Notes under the pieces: generated by a model
Told to the model about the DNA's origin: nothing
Databases searched by the model: none
Seen by the model: only the letters and a program-made list of their open reading frames with translations
Shown here: piece after piece, positions 39,416-48,419 of the stretch
Numbering within the stretch: position 1 is the first letter of the stretch
How the letters are laid out: every line of letters starts with the position of its first letter
Translations under genes and position numbers: made by a program
DNA from: Polyangiaceae bacterium
GTDB lineage: Bacteria > Myxococcota_A > Polyangia > Polyangiales > Polyangiaceae
DNA: 64,000 nt
Direction: 5' to 3'
Assembly (NCBI GenBank): GCA_965222375.1
Contig: CBDCTZ010000011.1
Location: forward strand, 256,001-320,000

Positions 39416-41404
39416 TCAGCGGGCAATGACCGCAGCGAACTCCGGTCGACATCGCTGGCGGCAATTGACCAGCGTGATCTTGCGGCCACTCCAGTCGCCG
39501 GTCCAAACTGTTTCGAGCTCGCTGTCTTTGGTCGGACGCGCGATCTCGAAGTCGCTCCAGCGCACCTTCTTGCGTTTCTCGCCCTTGGGTTGCTCCGTGT
39601 AGCTCTGCTGTGCTTCGCGCCGGGCGGTCAGGGCCTGCCTCACGTCAGCGCTGTGGGTCCAGTCATCTAGGTGGTACGGAGTTCTGTCGACCGCGAAGCG
39701 CAAGCGGTCGTCCTGTCGCCACAGCAGCAAATCGCCGAAACAAACCGGCTCTGCCTGTGCGCCTTCCGCCGCTGGCGCCAGCTCGCTGCCCTGCAGAACC
39801 CAGGATCGCCAACCCTCTATGGGTTGAAACGACCAAACGAAGTTCTCGGTGCCCCAGCTGCGCTCGCGGCTGAAGGGGCACCGCAGGGTCAAGAACACCT
39901 CGCCTTCGACGACGCATTCGACCTGGAGTTCCCGCTTCGCCAAATTGGCACCGTTGCGCTGGATCGGGAACTCGTTGAGGATAGGAGCGCGCTTTGCCGT
40001 CGCCGGCTGCGCGGCTAACACGATTGCGCCGAACTCATCCTCGTCGTTGGACCAATCAGATGGCAGAGCCAGGGTCTTGATGCGGTGGTAGAACGCGACG
40101 AGCTCACCTTGAACTAGGCACGGCGGCGTCACCCGCGCTCCGGGTAAGCAATCCGCGCTCTGCCGTTGGCCTCGCTGACGGCAGTTCCAAGCCAATGCAA
40201 TCAGGTCATCACGGTCTTTGGCTCGACCCTCGAAGGTCGCGAGAGCTTTGTCTACCGCCCGCGCCATTGCCGGTCCGAAGGAGCGAGTCTCGATCACACG
40301 ACCCGCAACCACGTTGACCAGGTCTGATGGTGCCGTTTCGAGCACCGCAGCGGCAGTGCCTTCTGAACCTCCGGCGGCAGCGAAACCGATGGCGCGTATT
40401 GCCGGATGCGCGGCGCCGTCGGCCATCTTGCTCAGTCTGGCCAGCCACGACTCGCCGCGCGGGTCTGACTCGAGCCTGGGCACGCTGACGAGGCGCTCGG
40501 CCAGGGCGTCGCAGAGCTTCTTCCACCTCTCCACCTCCGCGAGCAGCAGCGTGAGCCATCGTGGCTCCCTGCCGCCGACTTCCAAGACGCGCCGGATCAG
40601 GTTCGCGCGGTCCCGTGACGGCTTGACGGCACAGTAGCGCACAAGTTCAGCAAAGCCGTCGCGGAGTTCGTTGTCGCTGGGAGCGGAATCCCGCACCGCG
40701 CGCAGTGCCACGGCTCCCTCCATGCTCCACAGCTTTCCGCCCTCGAACAACCACGGCACGACACCGCGGTCTCGGGCGGCCGCACGACCCAGCAGTCCGA
40801 AGACATCTTGTATCGTGCGACGATGACAGTAGGGAGTGAAGTCGAGGTCGCTGCTTCCCTTGAGGCTCTTGGCGCCGCGCGTCACCGGCGCGCTGGGCAA
40901 CTTGCCACTGGGGTTGGCATACGCCTTCGTCGCTTTGCGAAACGCCTTTTTGCACCTGCCCGTGGTGAGTAGCTGTTCTACGTACGTGCGGGCAAATTCC
41001 AGCGGTGCCGTCTGCCCGTCGTCGAAAGCCAAGAGCAGCGCCATGCTGCCGACGCGCGCTGCCTCACTGGCGCGTTTGTTCAGCGAGATGGTGGGCAAGC
41101 GGCCCGCGAGTTCGCGTGCATCCAAGCTGTTGGGCGAAAGGGTCCACGTCGCGGCGTCGAGCAAGCGGCTGCCCTGAAGATCCGATCCGGCTCCGACCAG
41201 CAGCTCGAAGATCGTTTCGATCAGCGCACTGCGCGCCTCGGGATCTCGAGCAGCCTGCTGCCAAATCTCTGCAATGGGTCCGGACGCGGGCAACCGAGCC
41301 ACCGCCTCTTCGATCAGCTCCCGATCGCCCGGCGCCGCACCCAGCGGCGGTGGCCGGCCAACTCGCTCTCGAATGCTGGTGAGAAGCGCCTCCCGAGCGT
41401 TCAT
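39416..41404 (-). CDS. Hypothetical protein (662 aa)
   Basis: Long ORF in a run of minus-strand genes; no recognised domain. Confidence 0.6.
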   Translation of the reverse strand: MNAREALLTSIRERVGRPPPLGAAPGDRELIEEAVARLPASGPIAEIWQQAARDPEARSALIETIFELLVGAGSDLQGSRLLDAATWTLSPNSLDARELAGRLPTISLNKRASEAARVGSMALLLAFDDGQTAPLEFARTYVEQLLTTGRCKKAFRKATKAYANPSGKLPSAPVTRGAKSLKGSSDLDFTPYCHRRTIQDVFGLLGRAAARDRGVVPWLFEGGKLWSMEGAVALRAVRDSAPSDNELRDGFAELVRYCAVKPSRDRANLIRRVLEVGGREPRWLTLLLAEVERWKKLCDALAERLVSVPRLESDPRGESWLARLSKMADGAAHPAIRAIGFAAAGGSEGTAAAVLETAPSDLVNVVAGRVIETRSFGPAMARAVDKALATFEGRAKDRDDLIALAWNCRQRGQRQSADCLPGARVTPPCLVQGELVAFYHRIKTLALPSDWSNDEDEFGAIVLAAQPATAKRAPILNEFPIQRNGANLAKRELQVECVVEGEVFLTLRCPFSRERSWGTENFVWSFQPIEGWRSWVLQGSELAPAAEGAQAEPVCFGDLLLWRQDDRLRFAVDRTPYHLDDWTHSADVRQALTARREAQQSYTEQPKGEKRKKVRWSDFEIARPTKDSELETVWTGDWSGRKITLVNCRQRCRPEFAAVIAR

Positions 41405-41444
41405 GAACTAGCCCATACACCCAATCCTTCGGGCAGGCTTCAAT

Positions 41445-41975
41445 TCATGGTTGGCAGGTTCCGATCGACAGCCCTGCGACCGTGATTGGAATGCATTGAT
41501 TCGAGCCGCAGTCCGAGGGCTTTTGACAGAGTTGCGACACACCGGAAGGACACGCAGCGTTGCCCGTGCACGCCCAGCCTTTGGCCAGGCTGCCGCAGCA
41601 GGCGTTGCCATTGCAGTCCTCGGGGCCATCGCACTGCATTTGCGACGTTCCGGTGTCGCAGGTTGCCGAGCACGCGGGCCCCTTGCTGACCTGAATAGGG
41701 ATGCAGCACGAGTCACCTCCGCTGCAAGTAGTGCCGGTGCCGCAGTTCACGCTGGCGCTGCTGCTGCCACCGCTACCGGCCGCGCCGCCACTCGCACTGC
41801 CCGAGCTCCCACCACTCGCACTGCCCGAGCTCCCACCACTCGCACTGCCCGCAGTCCCGCCACTCGCGCTGCCTGCGGCGCCCCCGCTCGAACCTCCACC
41901 GGATCCCAAGTCGTCGTCGCTGGAACCACATGCCGTCAAAGAAAGAACCAATGCCGTCAACAAAGCTGTCTTCAT
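41445..41975 (-). CDS. Small Cys-rich lipoprotein with (SGGSSGSA)n linker encoded by a 24-bp repeat
   Basis: Lipobox LTAC; CDGPEDC..NACC module; SD AAGGAG. Confidence 0.8.
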   Translation of the reverse strand: MKTALLTALVLSLTACGSSDDDLGSGGGSSGGAAGSASGGTAGSASGGSSGSASGGSSGSASGGAAGSGGSSSASVNCGTGTTCSGGDSCCIPIQVSKGPACSATCDTGTSQMQCDGPEDCNGNACCGSLAKGWACTGNAACPSGVSQLCQKPSDCGSNQCIPITVAGLSIGTCQP

Positions 41976-42152
41976 CTAATCGCTCCTTGAAGCCGGTCGC
42001 CGCCGCTTCGCAAGAGCTGTGCCTGCTACTGCCAACGCGCGTTTAGGTCCAGCTCGTTTGCGATCCCGCGACACAGGAGTCGCACCCGTGCCGTCAGAGC
42101 ACGGTTCGGTTCCGGGTCGCGACGTACCCATGCATTCACGCGGCCCAAGTCG

Positions 42153-42189
42153 AGAGTAGTGGCCCAACCCGATCCAGTGATGCGACCCC
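42153..42189 (-). promoter_or_regulatory. Dispersed promoter-like motif, copy C
   Basis: Minus strand reads GGGGTCG-cat-CACTG-gatcgggttGGGCCAC-TACTCT, preceded by a T-rich tract. Confidence 0.55.
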
Positions 42190-42449
42190 AAAAACAAAAC
42201 GCCGATCGATCGTCACCCGGCTCAATCGCACGCTTGCGCGCCGCTCCTGAGCCCGTCGCTTCTGCTGGGACCTCGGAAGCCGTCGTGATGGGCGCGCATC
42301 CGATTCAGAACGGGTACGAGATTCTCACTCCAATGTAGTTTTGCGGCGCGCATGGAATTCCGAACATGAAGCGGTTGTCGCTTGTGCCCACCTACTTACA
42401 CCTACATACTCCGACGTAGGCGCACATCGACCTACAGGAGCAACACGCG

Positions 42450-43362
42450 GTGAAAGCAAGCGATCATGGGTGGTGGGTCGCCGGGATGCTTGTGCTCGCG
42501 TGCGGTGCGGAGCCGGCTCAGCCTCCGGAGGACGAGGCCGGGGACGGGCCCGATGACACTTTCCTTGCTGGCGGCAAGGCGGATGTGTTCGGCGTCGCTG
42601 ATGGCAGCGCAGAGTCGTGCGCGATCCGTCGGCTCGCGGCTGAAGCCGACTTCGAGACTCTAGACGTTGCCGCTGCGCTGAACCGCACGGCCGTCAAACA
42701 CATCATGGAGTTTCGTCAGGGTGCCGACGAAAAACTCGGCACCCCCGACGACCGTTGGTTCAAAGACCTCGCGAGCCTCGACGCTGTAAAATACGTGGGC
42801 AAGGTCGCCTTCAAGCGCCTCGTCGCATACGCGAAGGACCACGACGAGTGGAGCTGCGGTGCGGTCGACGTGCAGCTGCTCGCGTTCAATGATTTTCACG
42901 GTCGACTGCGGCCTCCAGCGGGTTTCGAGGGCACGATCTTCACGGACAGTGGCAGTACCAAAGCGGGCGGTGTCGAATACCTAGCGAGCCACGTCGCAGA
43001 GCATCGCGCCGCAAACCCGAATACCGTCGTGGTGGCTGCTGGTGACGTGATCGGGGCGACCCCACTGCTCTCCGCGCTGTTTCACGACGAGCCCACCATC
43101 GAAGCCATGAACTTGCTCGGCCTCGACGTGGCGGCGGTCGGTAATCATGAATTCGACGAAGGCCCAGCGGAGCTGCTGCGAATGCAGTCGGGTGGCTGTC
43201 ACCCCGATGACGGCTGCCAGGACGGCGACGGCTTTGATGGCGCGACCTTCAACTACTTGGCGGCCAATGTCGTGGTCGATTCGAGCCAGGAAACTCACCG
43301 ACTACCTGAAAGCCAGTGCTCCCCTCGCACCCCCCGAATTGGGACGAATCACCCGCCTCTGA
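42450..43362 (+). pseudogene. HhH-module lipoprotein fused to a 5'-nucleotidase (UshA-like), internally deleted and frameshifted
   Basis: NDFHG, AGDVIGA, GNHEFD and YLAANVV motifs end at about 43296. The next frame carries only a family-like C-terminus, LTDYLKASAPLAPPELGRITRL*, ending at 43362. Confidence 0.8.
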
Positions 43363-43386
43363 GCCCAGAGTCTCGAGAGAAAGCGA

Positions 43387-44418
43387 ATGCGAACCATGTA
43401 CCAACGTCGTGCCCCGAAAAACGCCATGGCTTGGGCGCCCATCGCAGCCCTGTTGGTCGCGGCCTGTGGCGGTGCGGAAACCACGGATCCGGACGCGCCC
43501 CTGGATCCCGCCGATGAATGCGCCACCTGCGCTGGCAAAGCCGATTCGAGTCTGCCCGAAGAGGGTAGCCGCGAAGCGAGAGGCCTGTTGAAGGTCGCGA
43601 ACACCGCGAGCTTCGAAGTGTTGGATGACGAAGTGCCGCTCAACCGCCTCGCTGCCAAGAACATCGTGAAGGACCGCACCGCCAATGGCGACTTCTTGAC
43701 CCTCAAAGCGTTGGACGACGTGCGCTGGGTCGGCAAGTCGGCGTTCAAGGCACTCAACAGTTACGCCATCGCCAATGGGTACATGGACAGCTGTCAGTCG
43801 GGTGCCCTCGAGCTTGGAATCATCTCGGATCTCGACGACACGGTGATTCCCCCCGCAACTCCAGAGCTTTCCGTGCCGCCCTACGCGGGCCAGGCGGCGC
43901 TGTATCAAGCGCTGGAGCGGCGACATGGCGGTAAGCTGGGTGATCTGACCTACGTGACAGCGCGCAAACCCGAGCGCGTCGTCGACGTTCCGGATTGGTT
44001 GAAGCAGCATGGCGTTCCCTTGGGGCCAATTGAGACGGGTATTTCGGGTGTGCCCTGGATTGCAGAAAAGGAGAAGGTCGACGACATCACCGGCGTGCTG
44101 GACGCGCATCCCGGGCAGAAGTTCGTCATGTTCGGTGACAACACGCACCGCGACCCCGAGGCCTATGCCAAGATCGTCGCGGACCATCCGGATCGGATCG
44201 AGGTCGCCATGATTCATGAGGTGGATCCTCTCGGGGATCCGGCCCGCTACGAAGGACTGGTGCTGTACGACAATGCCGTCGAGGCGGCCGCGGTCTTGCA
44301 AGTGCGGGGTCTGCTCACGGAACAGGAGACGGATGAGATCCGCGACCAGGCGAAAGCCGAGGGGCTCGACGTGACCCAGGCGCAGTACGACACCTGGCTC
44401 GACGAGCACGCGCCTTGA
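43387..44418 (+). CDS. HhH-module lipoprotein fused to an App1/DUF2183-like HAD phosphatase
   Basis: Lipobox VAAC; GKAD; HhH module; HAD motifs ISDLDDTV, YVTAR, K, FGDNTHRD.EAY. Confidence 0.8.
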   Translation: MRTMYQRRAPKNAMAWAPIAALLVAACGGAETTDPDAPLDPADECATCAGKADSSLPEEGSREARGLLKVANTASFEVLDDEVPLNRLAAKNIVKDRTANGDFLTLKALDDVRWVGKSAFKALNSYAIANGYMDSCQSGALELGIISDLDDTVIPPATPELSVPPYAGQAALYQALERRHGGKLGDLTYVTARKPERVVDVPDWLKQHGVPLGPIETGISGVPWIAEKEKVDDITGVLDAHPGQKFVMFGDNTHRDPEAYAKIVADHPDRIEVAMIHEVDPLGDPARYEGLVLYDNAVEAAAVLQVRGLLTEQETDEIRDQAKAEGLDVTQAQYDTWLDEHAP

Positions 44419-44431
44419 GAGCAGCCGCTCC

Positions 44432-45172
44432 ATGCCGACCGCGATAGTCACGGGTGCGACGGGCAAGATCGGCGGCGCTATTGCGCGCGGCCTAGCCGCC
44501 CGGGGTTACGACTTGGTGTTGCCCGTGCGGGCTCCGTCTCGGGCCAAGGGGCTGCCTGGACGCATCGTGCAAGTGGATCTCTCACGCAAAGCGTCCATAC
44601 AGAAATTCGCCCGAGGTTTTTCGGAGCCTGTGCATGTGCTCGTCAACAATGCGGCCGAGTGTCCGCGAAAGCGCGAGGAAACCTCCGATGGCATCGAGCG
44701 ACAGCTCGCCAGCAACGTGCTCGGCTATCTCTGGATGACGCTGGCTTTCGAGAAAGCGTTGGCGGCGTCTGCGCCCAGTCGCGTGGTGTTTGTGGCGAGC
44801 TATTGGGCGGGAGGGCTGGACCTCGAGGACCTGGAGTTCCGCCGCCGCGCCTACGACAACGACTCGGCCTACCGCCAATCCAAACAAGCCAACCGTATGC
44901 TCGCAGCTGCACTGGCCGAGCGATTGTCGGCCTCCAAGATCTGGATCGGTTCCTGCCACCCCGGCGACGTGAACTCGAAGCTCTCCAACGATCTGGGATT
45001 TGGTGGCCACGAGTCCCCAGAGCAAGGCGCGGAAACGCCGCTGTGGCTGGCCACCGGCGACGGTACCGGCCCAGAGGGTACGTACTTCGCGCATCGGCGC
45101 GCGGAGCATTGCAAGTTTTGCGACGACGCTGCGGCAGTAGCATCTTTGCACCAGAGGCTTCTCGCCTTCTAG
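44432..45172 (+). CDS. Short-chain dehydrogenase/reductase (retinol-dehydrogenase-like)
   Basis: TGATGKIG, LVNNAA, YRQSK, CHPGDV, EQGAETPLWLA. Confidence 0.92.
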   Translation: MPTAIVTGATGKIGGAIARGLAARGYDLVLPVRAPSRAKGLPGRIVQVDLSRKASIQKFARGFSEPVHVLVNNAAECPRKREETSDGIERQLASNVLGYLWMTLAFEKALAASAPSRVVFVASYWAGGLDLEDLEFRRRAYDNDSAYRQSKQANRMLAAALAERLSASKIWIGSCHPGDVNSKLSNDLGFGGHESPEQGAETPLWLATGDGTGPEGTYFAHRRAEHCKFCDDAAAVASLHQRLLAF

Positions 45173-46608
45173 TACCTGCGAGAACGTGGAGCTGACTCCA
45201 GCAGATCTTCGGAACGCTCGCGCGGCAACCCGTAGCGCTTCAAGATCGTGCGGCTGCGCTTCTCGGCCAGCGCCCGCTCCACCACGATGCGCTCGCCACT
45301 GGCGAGCTCGAACCTGAGGAACTCGTCTTTGGTCGCCTCCACAATCGAAATCAGGTGACGCAGATCGCGAACCCGTTTGCCCTGTGCTCGAACCACGACC
45401 TGGCTCTCGAAGCCGTGGTACCCCTGGTTGACTTCGTCGGCGAGCACCTTCTGCAGCACGACTACTTCCAGCCGCCCACGGGTCGGGATCCCATGTTCGT
45501 ACAGCGCCACCAAATTTCGCGGTGCGCTGGACCACCAATCCTCACCCCAGGTCTGCAGGTAGTCTCGAGATAGCGGCACGAACAGCAACCCGGCGTAGGT
45601 GAAATAGGAAGGGCGGACATCGTAGCGATTCTCTTCGACCAGGCGACGTGGTGGTAGCAGCGGAACGGTTACGGCCAAGCGCTCACGCTTTCGCCAAATC
45701 ACCAGCTCGAGCTCTTCGCCGACGTGGCGTTGCGCCACGATATGCGAGAAGTCGATTCGTTCCCCTTTGCGAAAGCGAACACTGCCGTCGGAACCGATCT
45801 TTCGACCATCGACTTCCAACAGTACGTCTTCTTTGCGTAGCAGCTTGTGAGCTGAACCACCAAAGTTCGCCGCCACGACGACGATGCCGCCCGGGATCTC
45901 TTTGGGTAGGTCGAGGAAGCGCCGAAACGCCGGGCTCTCGAGACTCTGAGTGACGACGCCAAGATCCGGAAAGCCATCGAAGGTGCCGTCTTCCATGTCA
46001 CGCAGGAAGTGATCGACCACGGGTGCGCCGATCATGTAGCCGATGTTCTGGCCCTCATCGTTCGCTTGGAACGCGACGCCCACGATTTTGCCCTCCTGAT
46101 CGACCACGGGTCCGCCGCTGTTTCCCGAGTTGATCGCGGCATCGATCTGCACCGCCAGAAGCCGCCGCTGGCTCTGTGCATAGGCGGAGATCTCGATGCG
46201 GGATACGACCCCCTCGGTTAGCGACAATCGATCTCCACCGATGGGATAGCCGAGGACGGTGACACGGTCGCCTAGGATGGGCAGATCACCGATGGAGATC
46301 GGCTCTGTACCATCGAAGAAGGACTCGTCTTCAATTGTCAGTACCGCGAGATCGCAGACGTGACCGACCCCCTCCACCTGGGCGACGAACTTGCTGGACT
46401 TGCCGAAGCGCCGCACTTCGACGAAGGCTTGGTTTTCGACCACGTGTGCGTTCGTGAGCACTCGGAGCCCATGCTTGGTTGCTACGATACTGCCGGAGCC
46501 GAAGGAACTCTCCGGACCCTGGGTCTGCCAGGGCTGGTCGTAGTCCGGTGCATCCGAATGCGTGAAGATCTTGACGACGGATCTCCGGGCTACCGCCAGG
46601 TCGGGCAT
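45169..46608 (-). CDS. Trypsin-like serine protease with two PDZ domains (Deg2/Deg9-like HtrA)
   Basis: LTNAHVV, CDLAVL, DAAINSGNSGGP; C-terminal AGLLFVPLSRDYL...VLADEVNQGY. No signal peptide. Confidence 0.9.
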   Translation of the reverse strand: MPDLAVARRSVVKIFTHSDAPDYDQPWQTQGPESSFGSGSIVATKHGLRVLTNAHVVENQAFVEVRRFGKSSKFVAQVEGVGHVCDLAVLTIEDESFFDGTEPISIGDLPILGDRVTVLGYPIGGDRLSLTEGVVSRIEISAYAQSQRRLLAVQIDAAINSGNSGGPVVDQEGKIVGVAFQANDEGQNIGYMIGAPVVDHFLRDMEDGTFDGFPDLGVVTQSLESPAFRRFLDLPKEIPGGIVVVAANFGGSAHKLLRKEDVLLEVDGRKIGSDGSVRFRKGERIDFSHIVAQRHVGEELELVIWRKRERLAVTVPLLPPRRLVEENRYDVRPSYFTYAGLLFVPLSRDYLQTWGEDWWSSAPRNLVALYEHGIPTRGRLEVVVLQKVLADEVNQGYHGFESQVVVRAQGKRVRDLRHLISIVEATKDEFLRFELASGERIVVERALAEKRSRTILKRYGLPRERSEDLLESAPRSRRY

Positions 46609-46736
46609 GGTGGCGCGAGTATAGGCTCAAACCCCCTTTTTCGAGCCGCGGTTCGCAGGCGTCGTCGGAGGGCCTTGTTTTTGGTTGGGTTGGGGCGACG
46701 ACACGCTGCGCGATACCCGAGGGGGTAGTACCCGGA

Positions 46737-46772
46737 GGGGTGCCACCCTGGGCCGGGTGGGGCCACTATTCT
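46737..46772 (+). promoter_or_regulatory. Dispersed promoter-like motif, copy D
   Basis: GGGGTGC-ca-CCCTG-ggccgggtgGGGCCAC-TATTCT. Confidence 0.5.
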
Positions 46773-46778
46773 AGAACT

Positions 46779-46910
46779 CGGCCACCCTGGGCCACCGCCT
46801 CGGGGGCCTTCTCGCGGTCGGCAACCAGGTGGACGCGTCGCGAGGGCGTGCACGATTCAACCTTGCACTCTGCGACGTGGGCGCTAGCAGTCGCCGGGGG
46901 CCTCTCGATT
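46779..46910 (+). ncRNA. Candidate structured small RNA (unassigned)
   Basis: Follows motif copy D. Forms a long imperfect hairpin: 46800-46808 with 46899-46908, CGTCGC 46836-41 with GCGACG 46872-77, and GTGCA 46848-52 with TGCAC 46864-68. Confidence 0.3.
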
Positions 46911-46928
46911 CCTGCGCACGATGTGAAC

Positions 46929-48209
46929 CTAGTTCGCGAAGATCTCAATTTCGTTCATGAAGATCTGAAAGGGAATCAACACGTAGCCCTGGAGGCCTAC
47001 GACCCGAACGCGCGTCGTTGCAACGCTGGCGAAGGTAAAGGTCACCGTCGACTTCAGGCTCTTCGAAACTTCCGCTACGGTCTGAAAACTGGAACCCGCC
47101 CAAACCTGGATTCGCAAGCTGTTGATTGGCAGCGCGCTCGGCATGGTTACGACCACTCGCCCCACGGATTGGGGTGCGAGCCACTGCAGGTCCACCCATC
47201 CCGGCAAAGGCTGAGACGAACTGCTCGCCCAAGCCGAGCTAGGAGCGTACGAGGACGTTGTCTTCACGCCGTCATTGAGCACGGTGACCGAGCGCTTGGT
47301 TGCCGTGCTCGAAGCGCTCAATGAGGCGGTCGCCGCCAGGTTCACCGTACCCCCACTTCCACCTGACGCACCGCTTCCACCGGTGGCGCCCACGCCCCCA
47401 CTGCCACCAGTTCCACCGCCACCTGTCGCGCCCGCGCCGCCCGCTCCTCCCGAGCCCCCGCCCCCGCTGGCGGCTGCGCCTCCCGTTGCCCCGGTCGACC
47501 CCCCGCCGGCAGCGCCCCCGATTGCTCCTGTGGCGCCGCCGCTGGCGGTTCCCCCACTTCCTCCTGTGGGTCCGGCATCGCCATCGTGTTGCGCGAAGCA
47601 TACTCCGCTGAGGCAGGACGCTACGCCGCAACCGTTGTCGCAGCTGCCGCAATGCGCGGGATCTGCCATGAGATCGACGCATTGCGTCCCGCAGCGGGAA
47701 AGCGCCCCGTCACAGGACGGAATGCAGCTGCCAGCCTCGCACCTCTCGCCAACGGAGCAAATGAGCCCGCACTGGCCGCAGCTCGCTGGGTCAGTCTTCA
47801 GATCGACGCAACTCGAACCGCACTGGGTCAGCCCAGGCGCGCAAGCGGTGGCGCAGGCGCCCTGTGAGCACACGGACTCGCCTTTGCACCGCCGGTAGCA
47901 CTCGCCGCAGTGGCTCGCACTCGTTTGTAGATTTGCACACGAGCCGTCACAAGCCGTCTCTGAGGCCCAACACGTACTCTTGCACTCTCCGGCTGCGCAG
48001 AACTCGCTGGCGCCACAACTTCTGCCGCAGGCACCGCAGTTGTTCACATCAGCGTCGAGATCGACGCACTCGTCGCCGCATCTCGTGCGCTGAGCTTCGC
48101 AGCCGTCGGGTGACGGCGTTTTCGCGCCATCTGTGACGTCGCCTCCGGTGGCGCATGCTTGAGCCAGGGCGCATAAACAGAACCAGTGGTAAGGGCGTGG
48201 CCAACCCAT
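46929..48209 (-). CDS. Cys-rich repeat lipoprotein (STIG1/MXAN_6577-like repeats) with Gly linker and discoidin-like C-terminal domain
   Basis: Four C...CVDL..D..NCG.CG..C repeats; C-terminal NLA..A...ASS...LNDG...W...WVDLQW...EIEIF. Start placed at ATG 48209. Confidence 0.8.
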   Translation of the reverse strand: MGWPRPYHWFCLCALAQACATGGDVTDGAKTPSPDGCEAQRTRCGDECVDLDADVNNCGACGRSCGASEFCAAGECKSTCWASETACDGSCANLQTSASHCGECYRRCKGESVCSQGACATACAPGLTQCGSSCVDLKTDPASCGQCGLICSVGERCEAGSCIPSCDGALSRCGTQCVDLMADPAHCGSCDNGCGVASCLSGVCFAQHDGDAGPTGGSGGTASGGATGAIGGAAGGGSTGATGGAAASGGGGSGGAGGAGATGGGGTGGSGGVGATGGSGASGGSGGTVNLAATASLSASSTATKRSVTVLNDGVKTTSSYAPSSAWASSSSQPLPGWVDLQWLAPQSVGRVVVTMPSALPINSLRIQVWAGSSFQTVAEVSKSLKSTVTFTFASVATTRVRVVGLQGYVLIPFQIFMNEIEIFAN

Positions 48210-48237
48210 GGTGGGATGAACGCTGCAATTCGTGTTC

Positions 48238-48336
48238 CGCTGTCGTTGAACTCGCGGTCTACGGGGCCATCGAGCAGTACTGCGCTGTTGTTGAACTCGC
48301 GGTCTACGGGGCCATCGAGCAGTATTGCGCTGTCGT
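48238..48336. repeat. 45-bp tandem repeat, about 2.2 copies
   Basis: CGCTGTYGTTGAACTCGCGGTCTACGGGGCCATCGAGCAGTAYTG at 48238 and 48283, partial copy at 48328. Confidence 0.9.
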
Positions 48337-48419
48337 GCCGGCTTTCGCTGGCCGCTCAGTGGGCCGCCCAAGCCGACATTGGACTGTTAGAGCATACCGC
48401 TGCGCGAAAGAGCCCAGCG

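Noticed and set aside
42005..42090. c-di-GMP-I riboswitch (minus strand GGGATCGCAAA...GGACCTAAAC resembles part of the consensus)
   Set aside because: The upstream GGCAAA element and the GNRA-capped P2 stem are missing. Kept only as an unassigned structured leader pending an Rfam scan.
43297..43517. C-terminal extension of the 355-aa ORF 42450-43517
   Set aside because: It is out-of-frame read-through after the deletion junction and overlaps the next gene.
48238..48336. Possible CRISPR array
   Set aside because: The repeats are contiguous with no unique spacers, there are only about 2 copies, and no cas genes are present in the window.
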